In this document: positions 34,451-46,606 of the stretch, piece after piece
Layout: each line of letters starts with the position of its first letter
Numbering within the stretch: the first letter of the stretch is position 1
Origin: Cyanidioschyzon merolae
Taxonomy: Eukaryota
DNA: 64,000 bases
NCBI GenBank assembly: GCA_000091205.1
Contig: AP006490.2
Reading direction: 5' to 3' (one strand)
Notes under the pieces: generated by a model
What the model was told of the DNA's origin: nothing
Databases searched by the model: none
Seen by the model: only the letters and a program-made list of their open reading frames with translations
Position numbers and translations under genes: made by a program

Positions 34451-35877
34451 GGAAACGCTCCGAGCATATGAGAAAAAATTGCTTTGCGAATGGCCATATC
34501 GAAAACGTTCCGAGAAAGCGTATCTCCTCAGGCGCTTAAACAGTTGTCTGAGAGCGTAAGACTACCACATCATCCCATTTATGCAAGTACACTACAATGG
34601 GAAGCTTTTTACAGCATTCCGGTAGCTGTCTCGCCTTGGATGGTATAAAAATGAGCAGTCGAATGTACGTGCTTCATCAACGGCAAGTACGCTTTGGAAT
34701 CGATAAAATATATAGCAAGTAAATTCTGAGACTTCTTTATCGAAAAGTCGACAACCCGTTTTTCATTCTCGAATATACGATTCATTGGGTGTTTGCTTCT
34801 GCGAAGATATGAGCCGATTAAAATGCACTCTTCCAGGGAACTAAGGAAGATGGAGAAACCCAATCAGCGGGCGACAGCTCGCGTTGGAGAATTCAAGACC
34901 AACTCAGAGGTTTTTCGCAGATCCACGTCACGACCAAGGCGCACTAAAAACAATTCTGAGAGCGGATTAAGAAATAAATGTTTCTCTTTGATGGAGTTTT
35001 TCTTGATCACTGAAATGCCGACCAGTGCCAAATAAAACATACTCCCGAAGGTGAATTCGTCAAAATTCGAATTCTAGCGGCAGGTACCGAAATATGAATC
35101 AGCGTTTTGGTGTGGTGCAAAACATATTTGTCTTTGGCTTCAAAGAAGAATTACCATGCCATGAAAGTGACCGTATTCAATACATCGGCCGCAGGCTCTC
35201 TTATTGGGCAGTCACCCGAGATAAGCGGAAGCGACGCGAGGTCGGCCGCACTGTAAGAGGTCCTGCGGATAAGCTCCGCCAGTTGCAATTAAATTTACCA
35301 GTAACTGGCTCGGCAACTTGAACGATCGATTTTTTCAACGAATAAAATGCTCGATTAAGCGATATATGCTGGTATCGAGTACTAATCGTTTATGGAGCGC
35401 ATCACAAAAAAGGATGCGAAACCGGTTACTATAGCAAAGAGATTACAGTCCGAAATATGCTTGAATACGCGCATGCTATTTGTATCAAAAATGAAAAATA
35501 GCTCTAGGATCTAGAGCGACACGGGACAGAATTCAGGAAAAAAGTAAAGCATTCCAGAGAGTTTCCCATTTTCAACTGAGAACCACCACCCAGAAAATCA
35601 TTCGCGTCAAGTCGATCTTAGGCTCTCGGAGGATCTCCTGTACCAATACTTACATAAATTTTGAAAAGCATTCTTCACGATCATTTCTTTCCATTAAATT
35701 TCAGGCTGTGAAGTAAATCCATACCCAGCTTTCTCTTGCCTCGACTTTTTCTGCGATACTACTCATCCACAGCCAAGAGATTAGTGAATACAGGACAGCA
35801 TTTCATCGAGTGGGGACGGAATGCATTCCAGCCAATGCAGAACAAGTTACTTCACGAGGATGCTTGAATTGTTACTC

Positions 35878-35920
35878 GCCGCTTGGCGGCAAAGTCCCTG
35901 GTAGGGTGTGTCTGCGCGTC
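35878..35920 (+). repeat. solo fragment resembling the element 3' module
   Basis: GCCGCTTGGCGGC hairpin followed by AAAGTCCCTGGTAGGGTGTGTCTGCGCGT. The same GG-AGG-GTGTCTGCGCGT core occurs at 3613-3635 in copy a. No adjacent ORF similarity. Confidence 0.3.
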
Positions 35921-36430
35921 CGAAGGCATCGGGTTTAAGAAATCGGGATCGGCCGCTACAAAACATCGCGCGTGCTCATCGAAATTCTATGTAAAAATTT
36001 GATTTAAAAATTCCCGGTGCCATAGCTTCGAGCAAACCCATACGATTTATTACCGCTAAACTGGTTCGATACAATGCCTTTGATTTAGAAATCATTTTAC
36101 GAAAAGGACGGCTTGTTCCCTGGGCTGCGGGCTTTGAATATTTCGCTGTTTTTTGGCAGAGTCGATTATCACATGCTGCCTGGATCACTGCATTTCGTAG
36201 GGGTGCTGGCTGGATGGCATCGTACTTTCTGTATTTAACCTGGATTGGAATAGCAGCGTGTTATTCACTTCGAAATGCTCGGGACGCTGACTTTTTTATG
36301 CACTCGTTAGCTGAACCACACGAGTTTTTAATCTTCCTCTTGCGCATATACTGGGAGTGCTGCATAAATTGGGGGACGTTCCGATCGCCCGCAAAGCGAC
36401 CAATTAATCAAATCCGTCTTGTGATTATTT

Positions 36431-37909
36431 ATGGCGCCGCTGCAAGAACTTTTGAAGTCGAGCGGCGAGTCCGCTAAGCGAATATCTGCTCACAGTCACG
36501 TGAAAGGTCTTGGGGTTGATTGTGAGACAGGAGTTGTGAGAGATGTCGAACAAGGCTCGGAGCAGTTTTGCGGACTTGTTGGACAGACTCCAGCGCGCGA
36601 GGCAGCCGCTTTGGTCGTGGACTTGATCAAACTCAAGAAGATGGCTGGACGTGCCGTGCTGCTCGCAGGGCCGCCTTGTACGGGGAAAACGGCTATCGCC
36701 CTTGCCATTTCACGGGAGCTTGGGAGAAGGGTTCCCTTCTGTGTTCTGAACGGCGCGGAAGTGTATTCCTCCGAGGTGAAAAAAACGGAAATTTTGACGA
36801 GCCACTTTCGAAGAGCGATTGGCGTGAGGGTCAAAGAAATAAAAGAAGTCTACGAGGGCGAAGTGACGGAGCTGGCGGCAGAGGAGTCTCCAGTTCCTGA
36901 CCCAGCGAGTGGTTATTCACGCTCAATATCGCGGGTCGTAATTGGCTTGAAGACCACGAAGGGCACGAAAACGCTGCGGCTTGATCCGAGTGTACACGAA
37001 GCCATTTTACGTGAGCGTGTTGAGGTTGGTGATGTTATCTATATAGAGGCATCGTCGGGTACTGTGAAGAGGGTCGGTCGCTGCGAGGCCTATGCCTCTG
37101 AGTTCGACATAGAGGCTGATGAGTACGTGCCGCTTCCGAAAGGAGACGTACACAGACGCCGTGAGGTCGTGCAGGACCTCACGCTGCATGACTTTGACGT
37201 CGCGAACTCCAGACCAACTCAAACTTTTTCAGAAGATAACGACGTTATCGCTGTGCTCAATAATCTAAGTCGGCCGAAGAAGACCGAGATAACCGACAAA
37301 CTTCGGAACGAAATTAACCAGTTGGTGAGCCAGCTCGTTGATCAGGGAAAAGCGGAAGTCATACCTGGTGTCCTGTTCATCGACGAGGTGCACATGCTGG
37401 ACATTGAGTGCTTCACGTTTCTGAATCGCGCTCTAGAGAGCAATTTAGCACCCATTGTGATTTTTAGCACGAATCGTGGAATATGCACTGTCCGTGGCAC
37501 AGACATGCAAAGCCCGCATGGGATTCCCTACGACCTATTGGACAGATGCATGATTATTCGAACTGAGCCATATTCGAAGAACCAAATTCAGCGCATTCTT
37601 TCTATTCGTGCCAAAATAGAGTCCATTTCCGTCCGCACTCTTGAGCCATTAGCATGCGAGAATGAGAACGGTGAAGAAGGGGAAAGTTCCGCTATTCCTG
37701 ATGATGCTCTACACATTCTAGCAACTGTTGCTGAAAGGACATCGCTGCGATACGCATGTAATATCCTTACACCCTCTTACATACTAGCGAAGGTTGCGGG
37801 TAGAGACCAAGTAACTGCTCAGGATATTCACGAGGCGAATGCATTGTTCTTAGATGCGAAATCATCAGCAAAGTTTGTAATGGATAGATCGGAGAATTAC
37901 TTGTCATAA
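36431..37909 (+). CDS. RUVBL1: RuvB-like 1 (pontin/RVB1) AAA+ ATPase
   Basis: HSHVKGLG, Walker [40 protein letters not shown]...[11 protein letters not shown], and Walker [12 protein letters not shown]. The [14 protein letters not shown] pattern points to RuvBL1 rather than RuvBL2. ATG start confirmed. Confidence 0.9.
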   Translation: MAPLQELLKSSGESAKRISAHSHVKGLGVDCETGVVRDVEQGSEQFCGLVGQTPAREAAALVVDLIKLKKMAGRAVLLAGPPCTGKTAIALAISRELGRRVPFCVLNGAEVYSSEVKKTEILTSHFRRAIGVRVKEIKEVYEGEVTELAAEESPVPDPASGYSRSISRVVIGLKTTKGTKTLRLDPSVHEAILRERVEVGDVIYIEASSGTVKRVGRCEAYASEFDIEADEYVPLPKGDVHRRREVVQDLTLHDFDVANSRPTQTFSEDNDVIAVLNNLSRPKKTEITDKLRNEINQLVSQLVDQGKAEVIPGVLFIDEVHMLDIECFTFLNRALESNLAPIVIFSTNRGICTVRGTDMQSPHGIPYDLLDRCMIIRTEPYSKNQIQRILSIRAKIESISVRTLEPLACENENGEEGESSAIPDDALHILATVAERTSLRYACNILTPSYILAKVAGRDQVTAQDIHEANALFLDAKSSAKFVMDRSENYLS

Positions 37910-39837
37910 AATGAATCTTCGATCCCCCGATCTTTGATTGTTACCAATAGTTCTCGTTTGCCTCTTGCGGTAGACAAGGACCATATTCCAAGATCCCTCA
38001 GTCGACGTATTGCCCTTTGGACCCGAGATTCTAAATTGTACAGAATCCTGTCCATGCACAGAAGAAATTTTTGGAGAAGCGTCTGTTCAGGTGGCAGGTT
38101 CCTACTGATAGTATCAATAACTGTCGGGTTCGATCTGGGAACGCCCACATCTAGATGATTCAAGCTAAGGCGGTGCGCCGATTCAACCTTGCCGCCGGAG
38201 GCATAGGCATAGATCTCGTACTTTCCATCAGAATACATATGCCCAGTTGGTTTCATCGCGCGCCCGGACGGAAATGCAACAGAATGCCGCCAAAGGCGAA
38301 CATGGTTTCGAACGTGGTTTTTCAAATACCCAAAGCGTCGTATCCTGTATACGTGAGGAGTACTCGTCCGAGCGGAAGAGGCAGGAATATTCACAACAGA
38401 ATCCATTTGGCGGCTGTCATCTGCTGCATCGAGCTGGAAACCCCCGTCTGTGTCCCTTGCAATCGAGGATGCTCTCTGGTTCGCCTGTAGAGGTTGATTG
38501 ATCAGCTCTCGCCTTATTCTGGTTCTCGACAATGCCCACGTGGGATCGAGAGGAAGCCTCCGACGGTGAAACCAGTCCATAATATGCGAGTGATAGCGAA
38601 GAAGTACCCGAGTATCGTTGCTCTTTGTCACCAAGTGTGAGTTTCGCGTTTCCCGTGTACGTCGTCCAGATGGAAGCAAGAACTTTGTAGTATCAGTGTT
38701 CTTGCTAATCGTAATAGAAAGCGCGGCAGTACTGAGCCCAACAACGCCGGCGTTGACTGCGTCCATTCCGAGAAAAAGAAAAAACAGGGTGCTTAGAGCG
38801 ATAGCAACTGGTACAGCTGTAATCTGGCCTCGAGTCGTTGACGGTAAAACGCGATACGTATTAAACAGCCGCGCATCTGCGTAAGTCTTTCGCCCCGATG
38901 AGTGTACGTGCAGTGATAATCGCTTACGAGACAAACCCGTAAATGCTCCAGTTGTAGACTGTAATTGTCGAAACCACATTGAGAAGCGGCTAGCAGCAGA
39001 GATGAGCCCCGAAGCTGGCTCCAGAGCCTCATCGTGCACAATCAGGTTACTGTTTTCCGATGGAAGGTGGCCCCGAATCGACCCTAGAAGTTCGCGATGA
39101 CCTGCTACATGAACGAGATGTTTCCAGGATATTTTGATATTCAAATTCGATGGATCGAGTCGCTTGAAAAAGAATCTGGAAGCCCACGCAGCGTAGCGCA
39201 CTAGTCCATTCATTTGCGATAAACGAGGAGAGTCGAGGTTCTCTCCGGAGACTTCGACTGCACTTTGTGCTCCATAGGTAGTTCCGGACTTTCTCCATGA
39301 AAGCAAATGATAAAAGTGACGTAGACTGGGCCCTAGTCGCTTCGAGTCACTTCTTGCAAGCTTAAACGAGAAAGTTAAAGATCGAGCGACGAGCGTCGCA
39401 CTACTGAGCGCAACTCGCAGCCATCTAGCCACACAAGCACTGTCGTTCACTGCACGCTCTTTTGTATGATTGTATATTGCCGACAACGCTCGGAAAGAAG
39501 CGCTTTGGCCAAAGCTTTTCTCTCGAGCGGAGCCTATCTGCTTCGAATCGTTTGCCCTTGTTGGACGAAAAGGTTCGCCCTGCTTTTTCCAGCTGTGCCC
39601 GTCATCTCTCTCAAGTGCGCACCAACTCTTCCATGCGGGTTGTTTTCGATTGCTTAGCCCTGTAGTCCCAAGTTTTCTGGCATGCCTCCGTGAAAGATCA
39701 GGTCCACCGGACGTTCCGACAAAGAGCACGGCTGCCGGTGTAGTTTTTGTCCGAACTGTCTCTCGTCGTAAGTTGGTGCGTTCAACTGGAGGAACTTTGT
39801 TCCTTCGGAACTCACCCTGGACTCCGTTGCCAGTCAT
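37897..39837 (-). CDS. hypothetical protein (~646 aa) with one predicted TM segment
   Basis: 652-codon ORF, the longest unexplained one; a chance ORF of this length is essentially impossible at this GC. The track start is TTG; the first ATG gives [10 protein letters not shown]... Hydrophobic segment [37 protein letters not shown]. No recognisable catalytic motif. The 3' end overlaps the convergent RUVBL1 stop by ~13 bp. Confidence 0.5.
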   Translation of the reverse strand: MTGNGVQGEFRRNKVPPVERTNLRRETVRTKTTPAAVLFVGTSGGPDLSRRHARKLGTTGLSNRKQPAWKSWCALERDDGHSWKKQGEPFRPTRANDSKQIGSAREKSFGQSASFRALSAIYNHTKERAVNDSACVARWLRVALSSATLVARSLTFSFKLARSDSKRLGPSLRHFYHLLSWRKSGTTYGAQSAVEVSGENLDSPRLSQMNGLVRYAAWASRFFFKRLDPSNLNIKISWKHLVHVAGHRELLGSIRGHLPSENSNLIVHDEALEPASGLISAASRFSMWFRQLQSTTGAFTGLSRKRLSLHVHSSGRKTYADARLFNTYRVLPSTTRGQITAVPVAIALSTLFFLFLGMDAVNAGVVGLSTAALSITISKNTDTTKFLLPSGRRTRETRNSHLVTKSNDTRVLLRYHSHIMDWFHRRRLPLDPTWALSRTRIRRELINQPLQANQRASSIARDTDGGFQLDAADDSRQMDSVVNIPASSARTSTPHVYRIRRFGYLKNHVRNHVRLWRHSVAFPSGRAMKPTGHMYSDGKYEIYAYASGGKVESAHRLSLNHLDVGVPRSNPTVIDTISRNLPPEQTLLQKFLLCMDRILYNLESRVQRAIRRLRDLGIWSLSTARGKRELLVTIKDRGIEDSFYDK

Positions 39838-40831
39838 ATGCTCCCGAACTGCCAAAACACAACAGTATTCATTTCAACGTTGCCCTGAGAACACAACCTT
39901 TATGAATGAACTTTCGCTGTCGCGCTACGATCATGTTGCCGCGCACACACCTCGCGACGAGTCGATCGCGGTCGAGACGAACCGGAAAAAGTTCCTGCAG
40001 ACGTCAGTGCGGATGTTCTGTGATGGAACGCTGTCTCTGGTCGGCGACCATAGAGATGCATCCGGTATCACCACAGGCTGGTCCCCGGCATTGTATTGTT
40101 TGCATCTTGGCGAAAACTGGATATATTCATTGCCCTTATACCATGAAAAAAATCATCATTAGCGCTCGCGCTAGTCTCGATTCCCAGAAGCCAGCTGGAT
40201 CGGCCCGAGAGACTTCATCGCTTTAACAACATGGAATAATCATCGCAGGCCCGCGCCGTGGATCTCGCACCTAGGATACCTTTGGACGAGTCATCCGTCT
40301 CTTATAGACTGGATGAGGGCTCTGGATGCAGGGAAGGGCGATCTCTATCGTAATTGCTAGCTGTACAAGCGCAGCTACAGGATGATGGTTAGGCTCATCG
40401 ATCTTCCACTATGCGAAAGCGCTATTTGGTGGCACAAGAGACTGCAAATTTATATTTTACGTTCATAGCGTGGCATCAATGCATCTAATCTGCATTTTCT
40501 CTGGCAAGGACAAGGGAGAAAAATTTCGGTTGTACGAGTCACTCAAATAGAACGCAGGCCCGAGCTTGTATGTACGTCGCTGGACCTAGATAAGTGGCAG
40601 CCCATCCAGTGCCATCCTGCCTGAACTTTGCTTCAAATGCCCGCACTTCGAGTGCTGCCCAGTAACCGATATTGCCCCAGGGCAGCAATCCTGATGGATT
40701 AGATCTAATTCAGAGACAGCGCCGAGCGCATCGCAACGCACATCTTGTGGAGGCAGGACGGCCCCAGCATTTGGAGGTGTCCGATCGTATACGACGTGTA
40801 AAATTTTGTCGCTGCGAACGAGCGTAGCAGC

Positions 40832-42112
40832 ATGAAGCGTCCGGTGTCTCGAAGTTGTGCGTTCGCGACGCCATTGCGAGTAGTTTGTGTGAGACACGGT
40901 TTGAGTTTGACTCACAGAGAAGGGTCGTATGGCTGCAGAGGACCCGCTCGGTTCTCAGTGCGCGTGGCGACGAGTATGTCGCTGGACCCTGGCATCGTTC
41001 ACAAGCTACAGTCGACACAGGCGGCCTACGATGATTTGACGAAAAGTCTCTCCGATACTGCCGTTTGCGCTGATGCGGGGGAGCTTGCCCGGTTAATGAA
41101 GGCACGTGCGAAACTGGAGCCTATCTGTGAAGCGTACGGTGAGTGGAAAAGGCTGCAGGAAACTATCGCTTCGCTCTCGGAACTTTTAGAGGACGAGGAG
41201 CTTCGGGAGCTCGCGCGTTCCGAAATGCAGGAGGCAACGTCAAAGCTGGAGGAGACTGAAGAACGGATACGATTTTTGCTCTTACCCCAGGATCCGAATG
41301 ATGAGAAAAATATCATGTTAGAAATACGAGCGGGCACTGGCGGTGATGAGGCGTCCCTCTGGTGCGGTGACCTTGTGAACCTCTACACGCGTTATGCACA
41401 GTCGAAAAAGTGGTCGGTAAAGCTAGTTTCGGCAAGCGCTGCAGACGTAGGAGGTTACAAGGAGTGCATTTTGGAGATTTCTGGAGACAATGTGTACTCT
41501 CGTCTCAAGTTTGAGGCTGGCGTCCATCGAGTCCAACGTGTACCGGCCACAGAAACAATGGGTCGCGTTCACACGTCGACTGCCACAGTCGCTGTTATGC
41601 CTCAAGTGGATGAGATCGAGGTCAAAATAGACCCGAAAGATTTGGAGATTCAAACAGCGCGTTCCGGTGGTGCTGGTGGCCAGAACGTGAATAAGGTCGA
41701 GACTGCTGTTGATTTGTATCACAAACCTAGCGGAATTCGCGTTTTCTGTACCGAGGAAAGAAGTCAGCAGAAAAACCGAGAACGTGCGCTGCAGATTTTA
41801 CGAGCAAAACTTTATGAAATTCAGCTCAACGAACAGCGGGAAAAGATTGAGGGCTTGCGAAGATCCCAGGTGGGCACTGGTTCCCGCAGCGAGAAGATTC
41901 GTACCTACAATTACAAGGACGCTCGAGTAACAGATCATCGCCTTTCGCAGAATTTTTCGCTCGAGAATTTTCTGCAGGGTAAGCTCGATGAAATCATTGA
42001 TGCCCTCATTTTCGAAGACCAGCAGAGACGCATCGAGAGCATGATGATTGATCCGGGCCCTGCAGCAGCAGATACAGACATGATGCGGAGCTCGAATGCC
42101 GTGCGTCGCTAA
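40832..42112 (+). CDS. organellar (bacterial-type) peptide chain release factor 1
   Basis: PxT tripeptide anticodon ([13 protein letters not shown]) marks RF1 rather than RF2. GGQ motif ([50 protein letters not shown]). A ~60-aa N-terminal extension ([23 protein letters not shown]...) suggests a mitochondrial or plastid targeting peptide. Confidence 0.85.
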   Translation: MKRPVSRSCAFATPLRVVCVRHGLSLTHREGSYGCRGPARFSVRVATSMSLDPGIVHKLQSTQAAYDDLTKSLSDTAVCADAGELARLMKARAKLEPICEAYGEWKRLQETIASLSELLEDEELRELARSEMQEATSKLEETEERIRFLLLPQDPNDEKNIMLEIRAGTGGDEASLWCGDLVNLYTRYAQSKKWSVKLVSASAADVGGYKECILEISGDNVYSRLKFEAGVHRVQRVPATETMGRVHTSTATVAVMPQVDEIEVKIDPKDLEIQTARSGGAGGQNVNKVETAVDLYHKPSGIRVFCTEERSQQKNRERALQILRAKLYEIQLNEQREKIEGLRRSQVGTGSRSEKIRTYNYKDARVTDHRLSQNFSLENFLQGKLDEIIDALIFEDQQRRIESMMIDPGPAAADTDMMRSSNAVRR

Positions 42113-43547
42113 AACCTAATCGTAAAAGAGATGCACGAAACGATTGCAAAGCCACCCAACGGTGCTATGGCACAGCAGCCTCTCCGTGGCACGACCTTCG
42201 GAGCCGGATCACTGAAAGTGACGAGGAACGATCACAAGTGTTACCGTTTGAAACTAAATACGAGCCTCTTGGCTTTCCGGGACCGACCAGAGAAGATGAA
42301 TTCTGACGAAAACCCAGTATTGGAGGAGCGGCGCACTCAGAACAAGACTTTGCAGTGGCATCTGCGATTCGGAGTGCGTATCCATGTGCCCTACATATGA
42401 ACACGAGTGACGCGAGCCATATCTTTTCATAGTTTTGACCAAGGGCGCCGACAAGAGGTTGTAGAGAGAGAAAGAGAACGAGCGCATGGCAGAGCTTTGC
42501 ATAGAAACAGCGGCGGCAAAGGCCAGTCCTCGAACTGGTGGGCCCTGCAGTTGTGCCCGCCCGTGAGCAGCGAGCATTCTAATAGGGGAAGAACGAGGAG
42601 AAACTAACCGCTAACTAGCAACTCGATAACAGTGCTGTTTGACATTGATAGTAAGCGTTGAAAAGGGGAAAGTTTCCGTATCTTCGAAAGCTTACCCTAT
42701 AGGCGGAAGGTCCCGCTAGCCGGACGAGTCTCCAAGGATCGTGCTTTATGCTCCTCCAAGTGGAAGGTGCTGTATTGAAATCTGAGCGGATCGTCCGCAA
42801 CGCAATTCATTCTGGGACTAGGAGCGCGTATGCTGCGTCTGGGCGTCGCCTTGGTCGCAGTGGGCTCTTTGTAGATCGGTTCGCGCTATCGCAGGCTCCC
42901 AGAATAATTATGTACTCCGACGTCGTGTCGGATGAATTACGCCTCGAGCCGACGCCCTCAGTGGAATGGCAATGCCGTCCTGTATCCGTGCAGCATCTGC
43001 TTCAGCGGGATAAGCGCAACGGCGGGTGCTCACGGCAGGCAGTCGTCGCAGGACAGAACGTGCGAGACGACCAGTATATCCGAGAGGAAATATCGGTAAT
43101 GGAACTTGAATGTAAGTGCTTCATGATGCACGCCTTCCCGGAAGCCAGTCTCCGTTCCGAATTCTGGGATCCATCGTAAATGTAAACTTTTTGTCATCTG
43201 CAAAAATCTGCGATTCGGAAGCATCGTCAATAATGGACGCTTCTTTTGCTAGTGTCCTGGGTAGATAGCATCGTCGCTCTCTGAGCATGGCGGTTTTGAT
43301 GTGGTACAGACTGTCGCTATGGCGCTGTGTGCCTGCCTGGATCGCCTCTGTTTCATTCAGCGACAGTACGTCTTTGAGTCCTTGTTCGCGTGCCACTGCG
43401 GGCTTGCGTGAAAGACTGAATATGCGTTTTCCTTATGTTTTCATAGGAACGCGCCCACTGTCTTTTTCTTGAGCGCTTGGAAGACTTGCTACACTTGTTG
43501 CAAAAGAGGGAACACTGTTTCGGCAAACCGGGGAAAACTTGCTGGTT

Positions 43548-44471
43548 ATGCCCACACAGCGCAGGGACCTCGAAGTGCAGCGATCCTATGTTTTTTTCAC
43601 AGAGCTTATTTCGCATGCAGAACTATATTCACCACCTCTGGAGGTTACCAAAGCGCAAACTTTGATTTCTGCCGTTCAAGATATCCTGCACAACGTTCGC
43701 GCTGGTGATTCAACGCTCGCCGCAATACTTTGGAAAACAATACCGGTCCACAGTCGCTTGTCGGGAGCGGCGCACTTGAACGCTTTATCAGGTCTGGCTG
43801 CGATCCTTTCAACGATACACTTATCTTCGATAGCTCACAGCTCGCACTTGGTTCGCTCCTGTTTTAGGCGAACTATTCGAGAGCTCGAATCATTTGGGCC
43901 GAAGAGCCTAAACCGTGGAAGTAAGCTCTACTCAGCAATAATTCTTTTCGGCATGCTTATTCACGAGCGAGTGATCAGCGCTGAGGCGCTGCTGGTTTTG
44001 TGGCAACATCTACGGGAATGCTTTGTTCGGATACTGGGTGCGGGACTGAGTTCCCCGCAGGAAGCGATGGACTTGGACGCCGCTGACTGGACGCTACATG
44101 CTGCCCTGGATATTGCATATATAACTGGCGATATTCTTGCAAAAGAGGAACCTGGGTCCAAAATTTACACTGGCCTATGTCTATTCAAGGAGCGCCTTCG
44201 GCGCGCAATATGGGAGGGCGTTCTAGAGCATCACGCACAACCGTGCCGTATGTGCCACATATCCTCCGAGCGCAGCCTTGCGGAACGAGCGGTAATCTTT
44301 GTCGAGGCTTTGGATCGAAACGGTGCTGGAGTTCTCCAACGGAATGCGCATCGGGCATCCACGGATCTGCTTAAAGAGATATGTATGCCCCCTGAGCTCA
44401 AACAAGGTGTCCACCGTTATCCATGCATCTCATTACCCGCATTTCAGAATAGAAGGGAACGGGTCTTGTAA
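43548..44471 (+). CDS. hypothetical protein, alpha-helical (possibly MIF4G-like)
   Basis: 310-codon ORF. The track start is TTG; the first ATG is at 43548. The helical repeat text (SAIILFGMLIHERVISAEALLVLWQHLRE) is weakly reminiscent of MIF4G/ARM-like folds. No firm assignment. Confidence 0.4.
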   Translation: MPTQRRDLEVQRSYVFFTELISHAELYSPPLEVTKAQTLISAVQDILHNVRAGDSTLAAILWKTIPVHSRLSGAAHLNALSGLAAILSTIHLSSIAHSSHLVRSCFRRTIRELESFGPKSLNRGSKLYSAIILFGMLIHERVISAEALLVLWQHLRECFVRILGAGLSSPQEAMDLDAADWTLHAALDIAYITGDILAKEEPGSKIYTGLCLFKERLRRAIWEGVLEHHAQPCRMCHISSERSLAERAVIFVEALDRNGAGVLQRNAHRASTDLLKEICMPPELKQGVHRYPCISLPAFQNRRERVL

Positions 44472-45649
44472 ATCGGGCTTACATGCTAAAATTTGGGCCT
44501 CTTCCGACTATCGTCGACTCTAGCGGTTGCGGGCTCTTCTTCCAACTGCGTCTTTCTCTTCTCTCATATCGCCCGCCATAAATGCGTCGATTTTTACTGT
44601 AACTCCAGCGCTGTTTTTGGCAGTCGAATGATCTTCACTTCAGGCTGAAGTTTCGATTTCACCGCTTGCGGTTGTCGTTTACCCATGGCGCGTACAGGCG
44701 ATAGTTGAGATCTGCGCTACGCTTGCGAATTTCATCTTATTCATATAAACCCTGTGTGTGGCCTTCACAGCTTTGACACTTGAATGCAATCAATAGTTTT
44801 CATGTATACACCACACTCCCCGTACCGCGGGCTGCCTTCTAGCAGAAGAACGCTCGCTTTATCGCCGGGTGCATGCCCGCGATGGCAAGAGAAGGTTCGC
44901 ATCGATGCTCTATTTCGTTTACGCTCCTGGTTCCGTACTCTAAGATCACAGCTTCGTCTAAACAATCCTGTTTGCAACTAATTTAACCGCTGCTCGTGCA
45001 AACGCATACTAATTCATTCGATAGGTCACTCCCTGCTTCCCATCACGTCCTTGATTGAGTTCTAGATTGGTTTGAACCATAGTCAAAAAGTTGGAGAGTA
45101 TGTTATCACCAATCCTCTGCTCATTGTTGTTTCCCGTGCAGTTGAGTACTTTTAAAATGCAACGTTACCAATTATGGAACAAGCATCGGAAGGAAGATCC
45201 AGGCTGGACATCAAGTCATGAAAAATTCCGTCCGTCTTAGCTATTCTCTTGCAAATCCGTAAGGCATGCTCCATTGGAAGCGCTTGCTGCGATGTTTGGA
45301 GTCCGGGCCCAATACCACTTTCCATGCAAGTAGAAGCGACGGAAGCTTCTGGGAACATGTACCCTAAGACGTACTGCGCTGCAGCGGAATATCGTTCTGT
45401 TACTAGCCGGAAAGGGAGAAGGAGCTGGCATTCGAAACGAGTCTCGTACATTACCAGAGGAGGTCTGGGAACTTTCTGAGTAAGATTTTGAAGATTTTAT
45501 CAAGGTCGATATCGACTGTTTTCCTCATCAATATTGCGGAGCGAATCGCTTTGCCTACGAGTCCCCTGAGGCCGAAAGATCGAAATTTTGAAGAATGCGT
45601 GATTTGTAATTGCTGAACATGAGCAATATAGAAGAGTGAGGCTTGTTGA

Positions 45650-46387
45650 GAGAGTTGGATAATGTTTTCGGTAATTTTGGGATCCCTTGTTCGTGGTCGT
45701 CGCGAAACATCTGGAGTCCGATGACTTGACAAATTCTGTCGGCAAAGTGTTGAAGGAGCCAACCTCAAAAGACAGCCGAGATTCTATAACGACGTATGAA
45801 TGCCAGAATCCTTCAAGTCTTTCACCTGAATTGCGTTCCAGCCTCAGGAGACTACAATCAAATGCTTTTTCATGGTTTATGGAAGATGAGTGCGAAGTGC
45901 GCTCATTTGAAGAAATAAAAATCCAAGGCAAAGGTATAGAAGTTGAAGCCCACGATCTTGGGGGCCCGCTGGCACCGGATTTGGAGAAACTACGAAAAAA
46001 AATCCTCATCTCGCCGACAATCTTGCGAAGAATAGCGAACGACGAAGAAGAAGAGAGGAGGTAGACGAGAAAAGGTGTTTGCCCTACTGGACAATGACGA
46101 GACTGTAGTGGCATATAGGTCACGAGTTCTAGCAATCCTTGCATTGATGAGTTCAACCAGAGGCAATAAACGTATGGAGTTCGTGAACCGAGACTTCAGC
46201 GTCGCGATCAATATCAGAACATGTGCGTTGCTTTACACGAGTCCCGAGAAGCTGGCCCAATTCCTTCTTCGTGGGACAACTTCTCAGGCTCGAAGTGTAC
46301 AAGGAGAAACTGAGACCGATAGCACTCGACCGGTCAAAAAGGACCGGGAGGTGTCTGCGTGTGGATATTAGTTACCCTACACGGTCG
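45650..46387 (+). mobile_element. Fanzor/TnpB-like element remnant (copy c), 5'-truncated
   Basis: ORF 46075..46371 carries an intact RuvC-III signature (GNKRMEFVNRDFSVAINIRTCA). The 3' module is CCGGTC-AAAAAG-GACCGG hairpin at 46330-46347, then GGGAGGTGTCTGCGTGTGG, ending ~46387. Frameshifted relative to copy d in its tail (46223..46507 frame). Confidence 0.55.
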
Positions 46388-46606
46388 AGACACATTTTTT
46401 GTTTCGTTGGCAGTGAACTGCAGGAATCGAGCGAGTGGTTCCGCGCTCCACTCTTATTCAAGACAACGTTCCTCGCGGATTCCCAATCACAGAGAACGAG
46501 AGGTTGACAAGATTCAAGTATTGAAAACTGTCGCTCCTTACTTAAGCACACACTTAAAGCTCGAAGCCTTTGAGTGAACGAAGTGCAGAAGAGTCTGTTT
46601 GCCTCT

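Noticed and set aside
39470-40162. ORF 39470..40162 (+, 230 aa)
   Set aside because: Overlaps the 5' part of the 646-aa minus-strand gene and the intergenic region. No motif. More likely antisense or chance, but not excluded.
45500-46156. ORF 45500..46156 (-, 218 aa)
   Set aside because: Antisense frame across Fanzor-like copy c. Corresponding frames in other copies are interrupted.
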